DNA of 64,000 nucleotides from NCBI GenBank assembly GCA_951406725.2, contig OX597814.1, positions 85,002,001 to 85,066,000 of the forward strand. Reading direction: 5' to 3'. Made by a program: the position numbers and the translations under genes. A model generated the notes under the pieces. That model ran no database searches. It had not been told where the DNA came from and was given only the letters and a program-made list of their open reading frames with translations. Source of the DNA: Octopus vulgaris (taxonomy: Eukaryota). Shown here piece after piece: positions 37,966 to 52,175 of the stretch (its first letter is position 1; the number at the start of each line of letters is the position of its first letter).

Positions 37966-40529
37966 CATCATGTTATGTCTAGACAAGGGTAAACAAAAGC
38001 ACATACATACACATGCACACACATATATATTTACAACAAGCTTCTTTCAGTTTTCATTTACTACATACCCTCACAGGGTTTTGGTCAACACCTGCCCAAT
38101 ATTTATTTTACTGCTTAGTCAGAAGGGAAGGGCAGGGTCCAATGAGCCATAATATTTTTTCAGGGCTTCCAAGACTGGTAGGAGGAAGTTATCCTCAAAT
38201 TGGACAAACAGCTTGCAACAGAGTGGATTCTGCTAAAGGCACCTAAGGTGCCAAATGGTGGTGTTAAAATGAGCAACAGATTTAAATCAACTAGTCAAGA
38301 ACGCAAAAGAAAGGGTCAAAACAAATACTGCAAGACATCATGTCCAACACCTTAACAGTTCTACCAAACCACTGTCCTGGACCAGTGCATCATTTCACTG
38401 ACCCCATCCACCCAACAAAGGATGAAAGGCAAAGTTGACCAGCAAGATCTGAACTTGGAATACAAAGAGCTGAGGCAAATAACACTTCAAGGATTCTAAG
38501 AACATTACTAACAAGACCATATAATCAACAAAAATGTTGTAAAGAGAGCCAACACAAGCAGACTGAAAACTGCATGGATGGATGAAGAGAAAATCACAGC
38601 CAAGAAGCCAGTTGCATCAACTTGGTGCTAAATCTGCTTGAGGGCACAGGAAGAATTAATACTCATACTAAAGACAAGACTTAAACAAGCAAACCATCAA
38701 CCTGTTATTAAATGCTCAAGAAATGTTTAATTTTGTGTACTGAGGCTTCTGTCAGTCAAAAGTCAATCACGCCTATACATGTTTGTGCAGTAAAATCTCC
38801 CTCATAATGGATGTCCAGGTTTTGAGTTCAAATCCTTTTTGAGGAAGATTGGCAGTTGTCTATGCATGCAAGTCTTCCCTTTCCATGCCACTGATGTTTA
38901 TCTAAGGAAAAGGCTGCTGACATGAGCAGATACAGTTTGGCACACCAGTGGAGTCACAGATGTTGCCACCAGAAAGCAAAGAGCTGGAATAAGTTGCCCA
39001 ACCCTCTAACAGTTCTACAAATCCACTGCCTCCCATTTGGTACTTCATATCAACTCTGAAAGGACAAAAGGCAAGGTTGACCTTGGTGGGATTTGAACTC
39101 AGATAGCAAAGAACATAATACTGTTTAGCATTCCATCCAATGCTTTGGTGATTCTGCCAATTTGCTGTTGTAACTTTGTCTGCTACTGTTTACACAGAAT
39201 AATGTCATTTGCATCTTAGACAAAGATAAATAAGATCAAATGACTGATAGTCATTAGCAGATTGAGAGAAAGAATTTTATGAATGTAACTCCAAACTGGG
39301 TCACTAAATAGATGGAATATTTGATAAACAGATATTCTTTGGTATTGGGGAGGATCAGAAACTATCCCAATGCGAAATACTTTATATTTATTTCAAGACT
39401 TAGACATTCTTATGTTTCTTATGAGAAATTAATTGAAAATAAAAAAGTGGTAACTTGAAACTCTTTCTGAATATAGTGCTCAATAATGGACACAGCCAAT
39501 TAGCTACAACCAGTAAAAAAGAATGCCATTATTCAAGTGCTTAAGGCAGCAAGCTGACAGGATCATTAGCATGCCCCCAAAATGCCTTGCAGTACTTCTT
39601 CCAACCAATTATATACTGAATTCAAATTCAACTGAAGTTAACTTTGCCTTTCATCCTTTCAGGGTCAATAAAATAAAGTACCAGACAAGTACTGGGGTTG
39701 ATATAATTAACTAAACACTCATTACAGAACTGCTGGCCTGGTACCAAAATTTGAAATTATTATTCAAATACTTATTGAGTTATTCATTTCTGTTATCAAG
39801 CATGGATAAATGTTTTGTTGACATATTAGTTAATTGCAGGTAATTATTAAATTGTTATAATAATCTTATATTTCATAAATTGTACAAAATCTCAGCACTT
39901 TAAAAACAATTGAAGATATTGAATGATTGAATGATATTCAAAGCTGATATAATAGTCGGATATAACAGTCAGCTGCCTTTCTTGTCACCAATCCTCACCC
40001 GTTTCCAAACAAGGTAACATACATGTTTTTTTGCAGAAGATTAGAAGCAAACAGTATCACTTAAATCACAGTGATGCTCATTTATAGCCATCATGTAAAT
40101 GTCAAAACAAGTGTACACACAAACACACATATATGACAGGCTTCTTTCAGTTTGCATGTCATAAATCCATTCACAAAACTTTGGTCAGCCCAAGGCTATA
40201 GTAAGGGTTGACCAAGGAGCATGCATTAAGACTGAACACAAAACCACATAGTTGGGAAGCCAGTTTCTTAATCACACAGTCACACAATTTATCACTCTAC
40301 CACTCTTTCTCTGAATATCTACTTTCTGTGTAAGCTAGCTAACTTGCATCAATAATCAGGAGACCAGCCTAGAGTTGACAAGATTGAGAAACCCACTGGG
40401 AAGACTCTGGTCACTATGAATTACAAATGACAAGTACGAGGAGCTCAACCTACCTAAAATAGCAGTCAAATTAACATCAAACTATATCTTACTGCATATT
40501 GGAAAAGATAGTCATAGATACGCCTTGCT

Positions 40530-41060
40530 TGCTTTCTTGCTTCATGCTCTTGCTTGATGGGACTGGGGTCAGCCCAGGTTAGTTGTCCCAGAGATGTTAT
40601 CATATGTAAAGTTGACCAGGTCCACCAGTGCTCTCCATCATTGGCAGTCCTGTTCCAGCTCCTCTGCATTCTCCAAGGTGATGTTAAACCTCTGGAGATC
40701 TTCCCAATCATATCTGGTCATCTGGTGTAGGGCCTCTTCCAACCCACAACTACTACACCAAATGAGAGTAAAGCCCTGGTAGGATGATCTAGTGGAAGAC
40801 AGAGGACATGTCCATACCAGCGCATGCACTGGATAGCTATGAGGTAGGAGGATGTGGGCCAATGCGTGCATGCACACAGTTCTTTGTTGGACACATGATG
40901 GTACCATCTGATGCTCTTGATAGTTTTCAGGGTTCTGCTATCAAAGCCATCAATCCTCTTTGCCAGGGTCTTAGAGAGGGGCCTCATATCAGCTCTACAG
41001 AGGAGAACAGAGAGGGCCAAAAGAAAACCAAGATGGCAGCATCAAGGGCTGCTTGCTCCA
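40530..41060 (-). mobile_element. RTE LINE 3' fragment
   Basis: LAKRIDGFDSRTLKTIKSIRWYHHVSNKEL...MRWYGHVLCLP (ORF 40718..41020). Confidence 0.85.
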
Positions 41061-41569
41061 GGATGACTTCAACATTATCATCCTAACAGCCACTTTTCCT
41101 TGCTTGCATGGGCTGGATGTCATTCATTGAGACATGCTTTATGATTGAATGACCTACCTGTTGCGAACCCTCTTCTGTTTTCAATTTCCTCCTAGCCAGA
41201 CATGTTCTCACAAAAGTTTGGAAATTAAAAACAGTAATTGCATGATGGTAATGCTCATTTACAGTTATCATGGGGGTGGGGTACACTTATCAACTTTAAT
41301 TTATCAATTCTATATCACAAATAGTGAACAACAGCACCATTGGTTACAAGTTTCCAAGGAGCTAATCTTACTTTCATTCACTGCATTTCTAATAGCAACA
41401 GTGACAAGAGAGTATTTATAATTCAGTACAGAAAATATATCAGAAGCTATTTCATTCGAAGAGCACTGACTTTTCAGTTTTCTTCATATTACTGTTTACA
41501 TCCTTTGATGCCTAAAATCAGTGAAAATGAAACATACACACACACACACATGATGGCTTCATACTGTTT

Positions 41570-41803
41570 CTTATTTCTTTATTGCCCACAAGGGGCTAAA
41601 TATAGAGGGGACAAACAAGGACGGACAAAGGGATTAAGTCGATTAGATCAACCCCAGAGCGTAACTGGTACTTAATTTATCGACCCCGAAAGGATGAAAG
41701 GCAAAGTCGACCTCGGCAGAATTTGAACTTAGAACGTAGCAGCAGATGAAATACTGCTAAGCATTTCGCCCTGCGTGCTAACATTCCTGCCAGCTCACCA
41801 CCT
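41570..41803 (-). mobile_element. Young, CpG-retaining SINE (GAGTTCAAATTC family)
   Basis: Complete head-core-tail structure with CpGs preserved. Confidence 0.88.
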
Positions 41804-42295
41804 TTCTTCATACTATTTCTGGCTACCTGAAATTCAACTAAAATCATTGATTTACTTTAAGACACATTCACAAAGTACAATCCCCTGAAAGCAGTTAACC
41901 AGTAAGACAGTAAGGAATTTCTTCTCGCTTTCTCTCTCTCTCCCTCTCCCTCTTTCTCTCTCTTTCTCTTCCCTTCATTACTAAAGCTCTATGAAGAAGG
42001 AAAAATAAAAAAGAAAAGCATATGTTCCATAAATTTCTTCCAAATTGTAATTACTTTCAATCTATAAGAAATCTTATCATGCTAGCAAATTCTAAAAAGA
42101 ATGAAATAGGGCAATACATGATTACTACTGACATGAAATTTTAAGAACTTTATAATAAATAAAAAAAACAAACAAATTAAATAGATGAATTCTGTGCACC
42201 TTTTACCTTATAATTCCTTAATTTCAAATGATTATGTCCCTTGTAATAACTGTCCACTAGAGGAAGACACATGTTTAAAATTCGATTATATACTC

Positions 42296-42512
42296 TCTTT
42301 TCTCTTTTACTTGTTTCAGTCATTTGACTGTGGTCATGCTGGAACACCACCTTTAGTCGAGCAAATCGACCCCGGGATTTATTCTTTGTAAGCCCAGTAC
42401 TTATTCTATCGGTCTCTTTTGCCGAACCGCTAAGTGACGGGGACGTAAACACACCAGCATCGGTTGTCAAGCAATGCTAGGGGGACTAACACAGACACAC
42501 AGACATACACAC

Positions 42513-42555
<43 letters not shown>

Positions 42556-42723
42556 TATATACATATATACGACAGGCTTCTTCCAGTTTCCGTCTACCAA
42601 ATCTACTCACAAGGCATTGGTCGGCCCGAGGCTATAGTAGAAGACACTTGCCCAAGGTGCCAAGCAGTGGGACTGAACCCGGAACCATGTGGTTGGTTAG
42701 CAAGCTACTTACCACACAGCCAC
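42296..42723 (-). mobile_element. Young full-length SINE family A
   Basis: tRNA-like head (TGGCTGTGTGGTAAG...GGTTCAGTCCC), central TA/CA microsatellite, CpGs retained; highly similar to 62321-62685 in the opposite orientation. Confidence 0.92.
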
Positions 42724-43799
42724 AGATTGTATATATAACAATCTTTCACAAGAGTTGTTACAGAAAGTTTCACAGAGAGAGGGAGATGGGAGAGGGAGAG
42801 AGGGACAGAAATAGGGTGAGATAGAGATGAAGAAAGAAATGGAGAGTCTGGAGGAGAGTGATGGAAATGGAAAACAAAACAGCATGAATAAAAAAAAAAG
42901 AACACGGAGAGAAAATGAGAAATATGCATGCTGGCAAATAAGTGTATACATGCCTGTGTGTGTATTTGTTTATAGTCATGTGTGTATGCCCATATACAGA
43001 TACACACACAAAGAAACTAATATAACAAAAAATCTCTAAAATATGAAGCAGTATTACTACAAACTGTGGGGTGGGGGGAGTCCGTTACTACTCTCTTTGC
43101 ACACACATGCATATATAGACACACATTATATATATTATATGTGTGTGTTAATAAACATATACAAGTATATTTATGGATGCACCTGTGTGTGTGTGTGTGT
43201 ATTCACTGAGCAAATGACACACACAAGTTCATGTAAAGGCAATGAAATAGGAGGGTAAGAGTAACTGAAAGGATAGAAATATATATATGTATCTATGTAT
43301 GTATGTGCGTATGGCAGATTGGTGGTAACAGACAGAGAGAAAAATAAAAATGGTAAGATTCCTCTTCTCTCCCAACCCCACCAGTGTAGAAATTTTTTTT
43401 TTTTTTTACGTTTCCCTTGACTCCAAAGCTATGTTGAGGAAAGAATGAGGAAAAAAAAAAAAAAGAATATAAACCCCCTCCCTTTCTGCACTCCCCTACA
43501 CTGGTTCCTCTCTGATTAAGTTTGCAGAAGGTGATAAAACATGATAATGGCTATGCTCTTTATAAAAAGTAGACAGCAGAGTTAGATAGTTATAACTGGT
43601 GCATCAGCTTGCAGACTGTTAATCTCTATCAATGCCAAACTGCACTCTAGCGGGTACTTAAATTCTATAATCGTCATCATTAGTGTAGCATTTATATTCA
43701 TTACATAAGATACAGTGAAGTGGAATAGCAATGACCAGGCCATAGACACATGAAGACTTCCTCAATTATATATAATAATAATAATAATAATAATAAATA

Positions 43800-44390
43800 A
43801 TGATAATTTCAAATTTTGGTACAAGGCCAGCAATTTGGAGGGAGAAGGTAAGTCCTCAGTGTTTGACTGGTACATATTTTATTGACCCTGAAAGGAATGT
43901 AAAGCAAAATTGACCTTGGCAGAATTTGAACCTAAAATGTAAAAATGAAAGAAATACGCTAAGCATTTTGCTTGGCATGATTAACGATTCTGCCAGCTCA
44001 TTGCCTTAATAATAATAACAATGATGATGATTTTAAATTTTTGCACAAGGCCAGCAATTTCAGGGGAAGGGTAAATTAATTACGTTAATCCCAGTGCTCA
44101 ACTGGTACTTATTTTATCAACCTCAAAAGGATGAAAGGCCAAGTCGACCATGACAGAATTTGAACTCAGAACATAGAGACAGACGAAATGCCCCTAATCA
44201 TTTTGCTGAGTGTGCAAACAACTCTGCCAGCTTGCTACCTTAATAATAATAATGATTTCCAAATTTATAACAAGGCCAGCAGTTTTAACAGGAGGGATTA
44301 GTGAATACCATTGAACCCAGTACTTTACTTGTACTTTTATTTACCAACCCTGAATGAATGAAAAATGGAGTTGAAAATGAATGAAAAGGG
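43800..44390 (-). mobile_element. Three head-to-tail SINE copies separated by (AAT)n
   Basis: TTTCAAATTTTGGTACAAGGCCAGCAATTT...CTGCCAGCTCATTGCCTTAATAAT units start at about 43805, 44030 and 44255. Confidence 0.85.
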
Positions 44391-44879
44391 TCAAAGGAAA
44401 TACTAAAGCATATATTCCAACACACTAACAATACAGAAGAAGAAGAAGAAGAAGAAGAAGAAGAAGAAGAAGAGGGGGAGGGGGAGGAAACGGCAGCAGT
44501 AACAGCCACCTGTTGGCAACTTTTCTCATCCCACTCATTAAGTAAGAGGGTATTTACCATTTTTTTCTGGGCTCTTTTCACAGATATACTCTGTTTGAAA
44601 TTTGCATTAGTTTTTGTTTGAAAAAAAAGAAAAAGAAAAGAAAGGAAGGGAGGTGGGGCTTGTTTGTAGTTTGTAGAGAGAACTTTAAACATGCCTAAAA
44701 AAAAAAAAACATGGTCTTCCCCCACCACTAAAAGACATGAAGAACTATGAAGGAAGGCGAATAAGTATCAGGGGTGGAGGAAAGAAGAAAGAACTAACAG
44801 TCAATCGTTTTAGAACTCCCAGAAAAAAGACGTAAACGTTGGAAAGACTTTCCCTCTATTCATTCATTACTAAAAGTCA

Positions 44880-45076
44880 TGGGGCTAATGCAGCTTTGCA
44901 CCTCTCCTTGAAAGATGCATTTTAAAAAAAAAATTTTTTTGATTCCTACATTTTAGATGTCGGAGATTATGAATATGCAAAAACAAAACTTTTTTTTTAA
45001 AAATCAAAAATGGAGGGAGGGCGAAATTGTTTTAAATGCATTTTTCAAAGAGATGTGCAAAACTGCATTAGCCCCA
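44880..45076. mobile_element. MITE-like element with ~47-bp TIRs
   Basis: TGGGGCTAATGCAGCTTTGCACCTCT...ATGCATTTTAAAA vs TTTTAAATGCAT...AGATGTGCAAAACTGCATTAGCCCCA. Confidence 0.75.
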
Positions 45077-46179
45077 ATGTCTTTCCCTCTTCTTCATTGT
45101 TAAAAGTAAAGAAGCTAGAAAATGTAAATCGCAGAGGCTTTTCTTTCTCTGTCTTTATCGCTTCACTTCTTTTTTCTATGGCTAAGAGAGTGAAGGTGTG
45201 TGGCTCAGTGGTTAGGGGCATTCAGTCCATGATTGTAAAGTCACAAGTACGATTTCCTGTGGTGTGCTGGATTCTTGAGAAAGGTACCCTACCTTGCTGC
45301 AGTTCACCCACCTGGTAAAAATGAATTGTAGCTGTAATTCAAAGGGGCCAGCCTTGTCACATTCTGTGTGAGGCTGAATCACCCTGAGAACTATCTTATG
45401 GTATGCATGTCTGTGGAGTCCTCAGCCACTCGTGCATTAATTTTACAAGCAGACTGTTTGTTGATCAGATAAACAGGAATCTCATTGTCATAACCAAGAG
45501 TGCCATTTTTTTAAGTGAAAGAAAAGGAAAAGTTCCATATCGTAAGGCAAAAATGTCATGTATTTAATATAAGCAATGAAAGCTAAAATGAAATAACTGC
45601 TATTCTGTTGTGTATTCGCCCTCAACTCATGCTCAGTTTAATAACAACAGCCTGCACATCGGTGTTTATGTGGGGGCTTGGCTTCCAAATCTGTGAGACC
45701 CACAAATGCCACTGTTAGGACCGGATTAACACCCATAGTGACGCTAACGACTAAAAGGATTTTCCTGCCCCTATATAGGGTCTTTTTTCGTTTTCTTCCA
45801 ACCATTTAAAGGTTTATCTTGCTCCAGTCCACTCAGCTGGCCAAAATGAGTTGTAGCTGAATATGACAGCCTTGTCATATTCTGTGTGAGCCTGAATCTT
45901 CCTGATGTATCTACTGCCTTTCTCACTTTCCATCTTTCTCTTTTACTTCCTTTGTGTCCCTCCTCCCTTTAATTGAACTATGTGTGTATGCATCTATGTA
46001 TCAACTTTTCTTTGGATCTATGTATCTACTTTTCGTGTGATGTGATAAGCATTTAAAAACATAAAACAAACACTGTCACCACTTGCTGTCTCTTTCACTT
46101 TCTCTCTCATTCTTCCTATCTTTCTCTTTTACTTCCTCTCTATCCTCTTCTCTCTCACTTTGCCACTCACTTCTTTGAA

Positions 46180-46700
46180 GTGTGACACACACCACAGGTA
46201 CAGACAAAAACAAACAAAACTAAGCATATTAATATTATTGATATGTCCCAAAAGCAGTGTGTGACACATACCACAGGTACAGACAAAAACAAACAAAACT
46301 AAGCATATTAATATTATTGATATGCCTCCAAAACAGTGGAGAAACTGTCAAAATAAAAAGATCTTGAAACTGAAATATCCAAGATGTAGGGCCTGAAGGT
46401 AAAAACAATACAAGTAATAACTGGAGCATTGAATATGACAAAAAATGTATGAAGAAAAACAGAAGCCATACCTAGATCCACAACATTATACACTATCCAA
46501 AAATTAACCCTACTAGGAACAGCCTACATCCTGCACAAGACACTATCAATTCAACAGTACAACCCAAATAAAATAATCTACCCATACACGACATGCTCTT
46601 TACAATAAGCATCTAATAAAATAAACAACCCCCACAACAACACACCTCAGGAAAAAGAAGTATACCAAGTAGGATGCAGTAGAAATTTGCCTGAAACTAT
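46180..46700 (+). mobile_element. R4/Dong-like LINE 3' remnant with a 79-bp tandem duplication at its 5' junction
   Basis: EKLSK*KDLETEISKM*GLKVKTIQVITGALNM...IQKLTLLGTAYILHKTLSIQ; 46180-46258 is repeated at 46259-46337. Confidence 0.85.
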
Positions 46701-47799
46701 TGAACAACAACAACAGCAGCAACAACAACAATTTAATTCTTCCTAATTTTGGCACAACGCAGCAATTTTTGAAGGGACAATCAAGTTGATTACATCAACC
46801 CCAGTGCTTGGCTGGTGTTTTATTACATTGGCCCCAAAAGGATGAAAGGCAAAATTTGCATGGGTGGAATTTGAACTCAGAACATAAAAAGTTGGAGGGA
46901 TAAAAAAATGATAATAAAATAGAAGTAAACCTGTATGAGATAGTCTTTATGTGATTGCTCAACTTATTAGAAATAGCCACTTAATTTCCTTCAAATTACA
47001 CATCTTGCCTTAGTAAAAAGGAAGGACTCATTAAATAGTGTAGTCTTCCATGCAATATGTATGATAACAAAGAGTGTGATGTTCATAAATGGAGCACTTT
47101 TGATTATTGCTGATCTACTGGATCAGAGCTGCCCTAGGGCTAAACAACAACAACAACAACCATGGTGACTATAACAGTAAAGATAGTGTCTTGATGGCTA
47201 ATATGACTATCACAATACAATTTTTTTTAAATTCTAAAATACTATTACTGATCAGATCATTTGCCAAAAAAGTGTGAGTGAAGGAATTTTACTATATTGC
47301 TCCAACCCATTCTCACATCGCACCCTTCTATATTGGCAAAGGATTGACTATAATGAAGTGCTACAATATTATTGTGCTTCTTGGGGAAGCAACTTTCATT
47401 TGGAAACATTAAATAGAAGACTGGGGGAGGGGGTGAAGGGAGAAATCTAAGAAACAGATATTTATAATGGTTTCAAATTTTGGCGCATGGTCAGTAATTT
47501 TAGTGGGAGGGACAAGTCAATTACATTGACCCAGTGTTCAACTCATACTTATTTTATCAACCCTGAAAGGATGAAAAACAAGGTCAACATCAAAGAAATT
47601 TGAACTCAGAATGTAAGGAGTTGGAAGAGAAGATATGCCATTAAGTATTTTGTCTGATACACGATTCTGCCAGGTTGCCATCTTGAGAATATTTATGTCA
47701 GACAAAAATGTATGCAACAAATAGGCACTTACCTTAAAATCAGACAAATGAGAATGTATCACATGTACCACTACATGTTTCTTTTCTGCAGGCACAAAA

Positions 47800-48060
47800 C
47801 ATCAGAGATGCCTTGGTAGCAATAACTTCTCCACTAAGCTCTATTCAGTGCCACTAATTCCCATGCCTTCAGGTTTATCTTGCAGATTTTCAAGCTAGTC
47901 TGTAGAGTGTCCTTATAATGGAGCAGTGGATGACCTTGGAGCCTGGTACCAGAGCTAAGCTGACCAGATTATTATATCAGCATTCAAGACATACCATTTG
48001 CCCTGTGTCTAATGCAGCCATGATACAGATGAGAGAAGACACCACAGGCTATGGATCTGA
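47800..48060 (-). mobile_element. Decayed RTE LINE 3' fragment
   Basis: QLSSGTRLQGHPLLHYKDTLQTSLKICKI resembles the RTE G-R-xG-P-LRYKD motif. Confidence 0.65.
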
Positions 48061-48935
48061 ATACAGGAGGATTAATTATGATTTTATTCAACATATCAGA
48101 GTCACACACTTATTGTAGTGGTCTTTCAGTTTTTTCTAAGCCCTGTAAAAGAACTTGGAAGGTTGGACCTCCAACCAGATCCTTTGTGATACCCTTGAAG
48201 CTGGGGACTTTTTAGCACCCTACCCACCTACATGCACAGAATGACATATTTTCCCTTATGGAATTACATTAAATTTGCTGTTTCCACAATATCCTAATAA
48301 AATAGGGGTGCATTTTATGCAGGAGTGCGTTTTATACATTGGGAAACACTGTAATTACTGGTATATATAAGTGACATATTATTAAGTACTATTTAAGGAT
48401 GGAACTATTTGTGGTGTGGCAGACATTGTGATAACTGTTGTTGTAGTGGCAGTGGTGGATGGAGTGGTAATAAAGGTGATAAAGAAAGAAAACTAAGAGA
48501 AATAGAAAATATAAGGCTTTACCAGTCACCAGTACCACCATTTACTATACTCACCATCACCACACATCACCTTCTCTCCAACCATCAGAAATACAATATA
48601 TCAAAGTATCAGAAATAGACCCAGTTTAAACCAAAGCTTTCATCCCTATATTCTTATCCCACAAGCATCAAAGTATATTAAGTTCTGTTTGACAGAGATT
48701 ATTCCTTCACCTCCCTTTACTTCCATCCATCACCACCACTACTACTAACAACAACCACACTAACATCATCAACCATGCTGGTACCATTCAGTCACACTTA
48801 TCACTACCTCAAGTACTCTCTTCATCTACATTTACAGCATTGTTCAGAATCTGAATGCATAGCTATCATAATAGTCTCTTCACATGACAGGGAAACATCA
48901 TGCCTCCCACCCATTTTTTCTCTCTCTTTTTCTCC

Positions 48936-48991
<56 letters not shown>

Positions 48992-49914
48992 AACAACAGA
49001 AGAGGTGTTATAGAGATCAGGGCTTAAAATTTCCAGACTGAGTTACATTTGCAGCTGGCTAGATACACACGAGACTCTCCAGCAATTCTGATTGAAAATA
49101 ACTGATAAGGAAACCAAATATATTGGTTCTTAGTAACATTAATATATTTCTGTTTGGTTGGCAGTTGGACTGCTGACATTCTTTAGAACAGCATGGAGCA
49201 GAGTTGATGGTTTAACATTAACAATTGAAACAATAACAAACTGGCTGGAGAACAAATGAAAGGTGAATAGTCAAAGACAAGTGCAACTTTTTGTTTCAAT
49301 TTCAGACAAATAGCAACCCTCTGGACAGATGCAATTGATTTGAGTGGAGGACACTGAAATAGTAAATTATCAGCTTCATTAAAAAGTTACCTAATGGATC
49401 TATGAGGGTGTATACAGTTGCATATAGTTATGTAGATGAGAGAACTGTGCATCATATAATTTGCTAAATGATAGAATGGTTAACTGAGCTGTCTCCAGAT
49501 GATTACAGCTCTAAACAGAGGAGGGAATACAACTACTACTGACTCTTTACACGGACACTTTCAATAAGAAGGAACAAAGCGAAAATACTAACTAGACTAC
49601 CACAATCTGAACTACCACAGCCACTAGCTACATGTATGTGGTCACTGGCTGCATATATGTGATCATCAGTTTGCAGCTAACAAGCCAATAAAAGAGCCGC
49701 TATGCAGTCACTTAACTTGCTAGAAAAAGTACCCAAATACTCTGAAACACACACATTAACATTTTAAATAAATAAATAATAAAGGATATAGACACATTGG
49801 ATAAAGTAATTCTAGATACAGTATATATGAATTAAAAAAAAAAGAAAAGAAAGAAAACTAAGTGTATGGTCAGAGTAGGAACATTACTCATATAATGACA
49901 TTTAATGAGCTCTA

Positions 49915-50670
49915 GATAAAATATTCACAGCTAGAGTACACTAAAATGAAACTAGACTCAAATAGATTTCCTTAATCAAGTATTTAAGTACATGTGTATG
50001 TTCTTATATTTCAATTAAATGAAATTACTACTACAAATAAGTAAATAATACTAATTTTTTAGATACAATAACTAACGGATAAATTGGATAATGTAATTCT
50101 AGATTCAGAATTTTAAAAAAAGGAAAGAAGAAAAAAGCATACGACCACAGCAAGTATGTTATTGATCCTAGATCTGTTCAATCAGGACTGCCATAGGAGT
50201 AAACAAGCTAAGTTTTCTGACCAGCACTGGCCATGTAGACAGAAATAGTAAGCAGGAGTAACACACACTCACTTAACTTGCTTCCATTTTACAGAAAAAA
50301 TTTATATTGCATTTTATCAATTCATTTGATCCCATCATATCTATTTCTGATCCATTGAGTCAAGCACCCAGTCATTTACTATTGGCATAATAAGATCTAA
50401 GATCAATGATATTCTTGCTGTGAACATATGCTTTTTATAATATTTTTTAAATTTGGAATCTAGAATTACATTATCCAATCTATGCAGAATTACATTATTT
50501 AATTTGTCTGCTAAGTTATTGTATATCAAAAACATTAGTGTTATTTCTTTATTTGTAGTATTAATTCCATCTAATTGAAACATAAGAACATACACATGTA
50601 CTTAAATACAAGATTAAGGAAATCCATTTGAGTCTAGTTTCATCTAATTAATGTACTCTAGCTATGGATA
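49915..50670. repeat. Long inverted repeat (~260-bp arms, ~220-bp spacer)
   Basis: 49915-50175 is inversely similar to 50393-50670 (e.g. TATTTAAGTACATGTGTATGTTCTTAT / ATAAGAACATACACATGTACTTAAATA; ATGAAACTAGACTCAAAT / ATTTGAGTCTAGTTTCAT). Confidence 0.92.
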
Positions 50671-51543
50671 TTTTATGGAGTCTTTAGAAGGTAGCTAAAG
50701 GTTTTAGAAAGAGCAATCAAATCTCCCTTAAATTTATATCTTACCATCTTAAAAAAATAATACACAAGAAAATGTTGCTCAAGGTATGTTATGCCTGAAA
50801 AAAATCAGGAGGGTCATAATTAGATTGCTTATGATCATTGGTCTGTTCAGTTTGGGTCAAATAGGGCCTGTACAACAACCAACACCAATTGCTGTATGGT
50901 AAGGAGTTTGCTTCCCAACTACATAGTGTTGGATTCAATCCCACCGCATGGCTCTTTGGGCAAGTGTCTTCTGCTGCAGCCCTGGGTCAACCAAATCCTT
51001 GTGAGTCAATTTAGTTGACAGGAACTGAAAGAAGCTCATGATAGCCGTAAATAAATGTCATTGTTATGCAAGTGGTATCCTTTGTATCCTTGTATGGAAA
51101 CAGCCTAGTCACAGGGAATATTACTTTACTTGCAAACAGGTGAAGGTTGGCAACAGGAAAAGCATTTGGCCATAGGAAAAATTTGTCACAACAAATAGTT
51201 TTCAACAAGTATGCATAGAAAAGTGGACATTAATAATGATGATGGTATTATCTCTAATCGTTTGGAGATCCAATGAGTTGGATTGGAATGACTTCCAATG
51301 TTAAATCCCATGGGATAGTTACATCTCCATTTATCTCTAACCTGAGAGAGACTTAATTTTCCAAGATCTTCTCAAACTCTACCTCTACTAGGGTTACCCT
51401 AATCAAACAATTACATCTGATGCCTTTCTTCTCTGCAATTTTCGTTCAAAATACATACCAGTATTGTCATCCATACTACATACACCAACATTTTTAAAAA
51501 CTCAATAAACCAAAGTATACAAACATGTAATTATTTTTTGTGG

Positions 51544-51766
51544 GGGAATGGTGGATCTTGAAGCAGATAAAGCTATAAACAATAGCAAGTAAATATTGGA
51601 CCATTTGGGAAAAAAATTCAAAGTCTGCTCAATACTTATCACATTTAAAAGAGACATGGATCCATGTCCCACAGGCAGACCTCAACATTTTCAATCCGAA
51701 GAGATTTTTAACCTGCCCTTGTTTATAGCTTTATCTGCTTCAAGATCTACCATTCCAAGAAAGAAT
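51544..51766. repeat. Inverted repeat (~48-bp core arms, ~125-bp spacer)
   Basis: GGAATGGTGGATCTTGAAGCAGATAAAGCTATAAACAA / TTGTTTATAGCTTTATCTGCTTCAAGATCTACCATTCC. Confidence 0.9.
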
Positions 51767-52175
51767 TATTTCACATTCTCCCAGTGTTTATAAATTTTTC
51801 TGGATGCCAACAACATACACAATGTTTACCACAGTCTTAAAGCAGTGTTGCTGTAAAATGGAAATTGGGAAAATATACTACAAGTTATCAGCAAAATGAA
51901 GTAACTATCAAACTTACAGCAGCTTAAGTTTAAGCAAAAAAAATTCAGATTTGGTGTCCATAACTGATGAAGCATGTTGCCACAGCACATGTCCTACTGT
52001 CCAATGTCATCATTCATAACACAGTAATATGTCTTCACACACATTATCCTCCAAAGACAGCATCCACAACAAAGGTTGAATGTACACAAACGTATTAAAT
52101 GTAACTGTAAACATTTATACTCTAAAGTGCATTTATAAGGTTAAAAGACACAAACACACATACATATCTGCTTAA

